A stretch of DNA of 64,000 nt from the human T2T-CHM13v2.0 reference genome, Homo sapiens: NCBI RefSeq assembly GCF_009914755.1, contig NC_060929.1; one strand, given 5' to 3'. This document shows positions 59,561 to 64,000 of the stretch, in pieces. Position numbers and translations under genes: made by a program. Positions within the stretch are counted from its first letter, which is position 1. Each line of letters begins with the position of its first letter. The notes under the pieces are model-generated. The model was not told the origin of the DNA. It did not search any database and saw nothing but the letters and a program-made list of their open reading frames with translations.

Positions 59561-62349
59561 GCAAAGGGAACAAAGGAGAAAGGAAGGGACAGAGAGAAAG
59601 AAAAAAAGAAAGTAGTAACACAAAAGAAAGAATACAAAAACACTGTCTGTCCACATGTCGATCTCATTAGATTTATAGATTGCATCTCCTTGATCATAAG
59701 ACAGGACACTAAATTAGTGCTTAATAACTATTATTAAATACATTTTTAACTCTCCTCTTCTGCCTAGATCTTTTCCCTCATATTTATTCCTGCACTGCAT
59801 ACCTGTCTGTGAGTCCTCAGGGTTCTGACACTGACCATGTCTTTGTAGCTTGATTGTATTAAAGCAGAAAAGCAACTCACGTTTGTCAACTGTCTCCGAA
59901 ATGCCAGGAATTTCTCTGTCTTTTCTGTGGCACTTCATCTAATTTCCACAACCATCTTCTAAAGTGTCATTATTTCTATCTTGTGGATGAGAAAGCTAAT
60001 GTCAAAGCAGTTTAGAAACTTTCCAAATATCACATAGATAAGTAGGAAAGTCAAAATGTGACCTCAGAACTACCTAAGCCCACACACATTCTTTATCAGG
60101 TAATGTTTTAATACCTTACAGTAGATAACATTAAATTTAAAAATAAAAATGACCAGAAGCATTAATTTGTAGGTATCTTGGAGAAACCCTTAGAGTTGGG
60201 AAGAGTGAGAACTCTGGATCCCATCCCATTCCACAGATGAGAAAACTGAGGCCCAGAGAGAGAAAGTGACTCATACAAGTTTCTATAGCTCTTAAATGTC
60301 GGATCAGGGTATTAACAAAACTCTCCAAGAGGCAGGACCCTTGGCACTGAGGAATAGGAAATTCGGTTTCAGATATATCTGGTTTAAGGTCTGTCTCTGC
60401 CAATTTATTTATTAAGGAATATTTATTGAGCGATTCCTACGTGCTGGTCCTAGTGTGGGTGCTGGAAACTGAACAAAACTGTAAAGACCCGGCTTCAATG
60501 GAGGTGACATTCTATTTGGGGAGAATGAATGAGAGATAGAGAGAGACATTAAAGTATATAATTTCAAGTAGTCATAGAAATGGTAAAAAAAAATAAATAA
60601 ATAAATAAAGCAAAGTCATACGACAGAGTGAAGGGTGAGGCAACTTTGAAAAAGCATGATCAAGGAGGGCCTCTGGGAGGGGGTGACAGCTGTGCTTAAT
60701 CCTGACAGAAAGATGCAGCCAATCACATACCTGAAGAGGAAGGAATCAAGCAGAGGGCACAGCACATGTAAAGGTCCTGAAGGGAGAATGAGCTTGAATG
60801 TGTGAGGAGCAGCCACTGACCGGTTGATTTTCCTTGGGCAAGTTATTATGTTTCTCTGGGCCTCGTTTTTCTTATTCCTGAAAATGACAATAACACTTTC
60901 TATACAAGACCTGGCATATGATAAGCACTCAGTAAATGTTTGTGGAATAAATGACATTGATTCCATTCTTTGTTTATTTCACCCTTTGCTCAGGATCATG
61001 TCTAAATGGGTTATTCAGGCAATTTTCTGTTCTCGGGGTTCTCCCTTCTACCAATTAAAAAAACAAACAAAAACAAATTCAAGTTGCATTGACTCAAGTG
61101 CCTTACCCAAAGCAGTTGTCAAGGTGTAAAGTTGTGCTCAGGCAGGGCATCTGAATTTCTCTCCCTGTCGTTCATCCAACAGTCTGGATTTGCTTCCTGA
61201 ATATTTGCTGTCTTAAACAGTCTCCCTCCAGATGCAGGGCATTAATTCCAAATTGGCTCCCCATACTTTCCCGTCAGAGGTTGTCATTTGCGGAGCGGGT
61301 GATGGAAGGACTGAGTGATGGAGGGCAGTCCCTTCAGAGCCCATCAGCTTTATTCTCAAAGCAGACACTGAAAAATGTGAGGCTGCTGCCAAGCCACAGG
61401 GCTCAGGGAGTATCCGCTGTCTCCACACAAAGGCTGAAATAATGAGAATCCTCTGGTCGGTATCATGTAGCAGTCTAAGTAGGACACAATAACCCCATTT
61501 ACAATGTTAATAACAATAGGCTGCATCAATAGGTTGTTATTCAACAACACTAGCATGTCAATAAAACCTTTTTACATCCATTTAACACATATTAAGCACC
61601 CACTGTGTGCCACACAAGCTACCAGGTCCTGAGGTTAGAGAAATAGATAACACAAGCCTTGATGAGACTTACATTTGAAAAAGGAACGTCATGATGTCAG
61701 GTATCAAGAGCTTAGAAAACTAAGGCAGAGAAAGTGATTAGGAGGCATAGAAAGAGCTGGGGGCCAGTTTAGACTGAGTGGGTGTGGTCAGGGAAGACAT
61801 CCCAGGAGGTGACCCCTGAGCAGAGACCTGACTACAATGAGGGAGAACCGAAGGAGACCATGAAGGAGTGGGGAGACCTAACTACTATGCAGGTATCTGA
61901 AGGAGAGGGATCCAGACAGAGCAGGGAGAAACCAGGGCTCCACAGTAAGGGAAAGTAGAGGTCTCTCTCAATACAGTCAAGTTTTAGTCATCTCCTACTG
62001 CGTCTCCTACCTGGAGAACATTCCTGCCCTATAATAGGATTTCTCAACATTGTTACTATTGACATTTGGGGTAGATAATTCTTTGTTGTGGGGGCTTGTT
62101 TCTGTGCACCATAGGATGTTTAGCAACGTCTCGGACCTCTGCCTATCAGATGCCAGTAGCACCCACCCACCTACTTAAGATAGCTAAGGTCCCTTTGCCC
62201 AGCACCTCTCTGGCCTCCTGCTTCACTGCTTTAACTCTTTGCAGATGCTACCAGCTCTAGGTCAGGCATGACAGATCCATCTTGCCAGCTATGCTGTAGA
62301 CTTCTTGCTATCAGTGACCCTGATTGCACATACATGTTAAGATACAGGT

Positions 62350-62850
<501 letters not shown>

Positions 62851-63202
62851 GGGCAGTCATCTGAACATAGTTCATGCAATCTACAGCGAGACTATTATCA
62901 GTGTGGTGGGTGTCAGCATTTCACATGCCCCGCTCTCCAACCTAGCTCATATCACTCACCCCTGACTGCCTTCCTCTTCCTGAAATATGCCATTTTATTT
63001 CATTTTGATGGTAGTAGTGCAGTGGGACAGGGGAGAGACTTGTGTTACTCATTAGAGCATGTTTTGTAAGGGAAAAGTCATATCTGTCTGGCACTGCTTT
63101 GTATCAAGCACAGTGCCTGGTACTGGTATGTGGAGGGCACTTAATAATTAGTTTTTATTAAATTCATAAAACAGTAAAGCCTAACATGTACTGATTACTA
63201 AT

Positions 63203-63390
63203 CAGTGGTTTTCAAAGTGTGGTTCCTGGACCAGTAACAGCAGTGGCATTTGCTAACTAGTTAGAAATGCAAATTATCAGGCCCTACCATAGACCTACCA
63301 AATCAGAAATGCCGGGATGGGGCCCAGAATTCTGTATTTTCACAAGTCCTCTGGGTGAGTTTAAGGATGCTAAAGTCTGAGAACTATTCT
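63203..63390. mobile_element. MER5A
   Basis: cagtggttttcaaagtgtggttcctggaccag..gttagaaatgcaaatt..aaagtctgagaact. Confidence 0.8.
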
Positions 63391-63839
63391 AACAGATAGT
63401 GGCAGGTTTTTACATATGCTATTCTATATAATCCTCCAAGAGAAATTCTCCAAGGTAAACATTATCATCATTATTATTACTATCTCACAGATTTCAAGAC
63501 TGAGACTCAGAAAAGTGATTTCACCTCTATTCAACACAATAAGCAAGTAGAAAAGGCAGGATTTGAGTTCTGGAGTACCTGACTTCAAAACCCATCTTCT
63601 TTCAACTATAGCACATTTCTTCTGGTGGGAGTTTCCAAAATAATTTATGTCAAATCCCTTTGCAAAACAAGTCAAAGTACTATGTGACTGTGTGACAGTT
63701 TTATTAATAGCAATAGTAATAACCGCCATCATAATGAATATGTTCGGGCATGTTCCTATTGTGCTCGGCCTGAGAATGGTGATATCCTGACATGGCTTTT
63801 TGGGGACCCTTCTGAAAGGGTTAATCCACCTCCCAGAAG

Positions 63840-63985
63840 CCCTGACTTCCTCCCAGTGAGTCACTCAGGCACAGAGGAGCCCAGGTACGTGGGTGTAATA
63901 ACACACGCAGAGCAGCAGGCACGCACACACGTGCGCATCCCTACCGGGAGTGAAATGAAAATAGAAACGGAAAGCAAAACCCCTT
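63840..63985. promoter_or_regulatory. Candidate promoter/enhancer motif cluster (ETS, AP-1, E-box, ISRE-like)
   Basis: acttcctc at 63845, tgagtca 63857-63863, cacgtg 63928-63933, gaaatgaaaatagaaacggaaagc 63952-63975; CpGs retained in non-repeat sequence. Confidence 0.45.
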
Positions 63986-64000
63986 CCCTTGGTGCCTATC

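Noticed and set aside
63424-63864. 146-aa minus-strand ORF
   Set aside because: Non-ATG start, runs into a MIR-derived sequence and has no recognisable domain.

Overview
Primate (hominid, probably human) genomic DNA that is almost entirely non-coding and dominated by transposable elements. I found no credible host protein-coding exon; every long ORF in the track belongs to LINE-1, SVA or Alu. The window holds four large L1s, each with its own target-site duplication (TSD): L1-A (1761-6538, minus, 5'-truncated, L1PA3-like), L1-B (11581-17722, minus, full length, L1PA3-like), L1-C (36475-42554, plus, full length, L1PA2-like) and L1-D (44287-50332, minus, L1PA7-like). It also holds a full-length SVA, eight Alus, solo LTRs and ancient DNA transposon, L2 and MIR fragments. 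The most notable observation is that L1-A, L1-B and L1-C inserted independently but share non-consensus mutations in a patchwork, including the same ORF2 nonsense codon and frameshifts. This points to repeated local gene conversion or recombination among them, including across the inverted L1-B/L1-C pair that flanks an 18.7 kb potentially invertible segment. A CpG-containing cluster of ETS, AP-1, E-box and ISRE-like motifs lies at the right edge. Subfamily calls and consensus comparisons are from recall and need an alignment to confirm.
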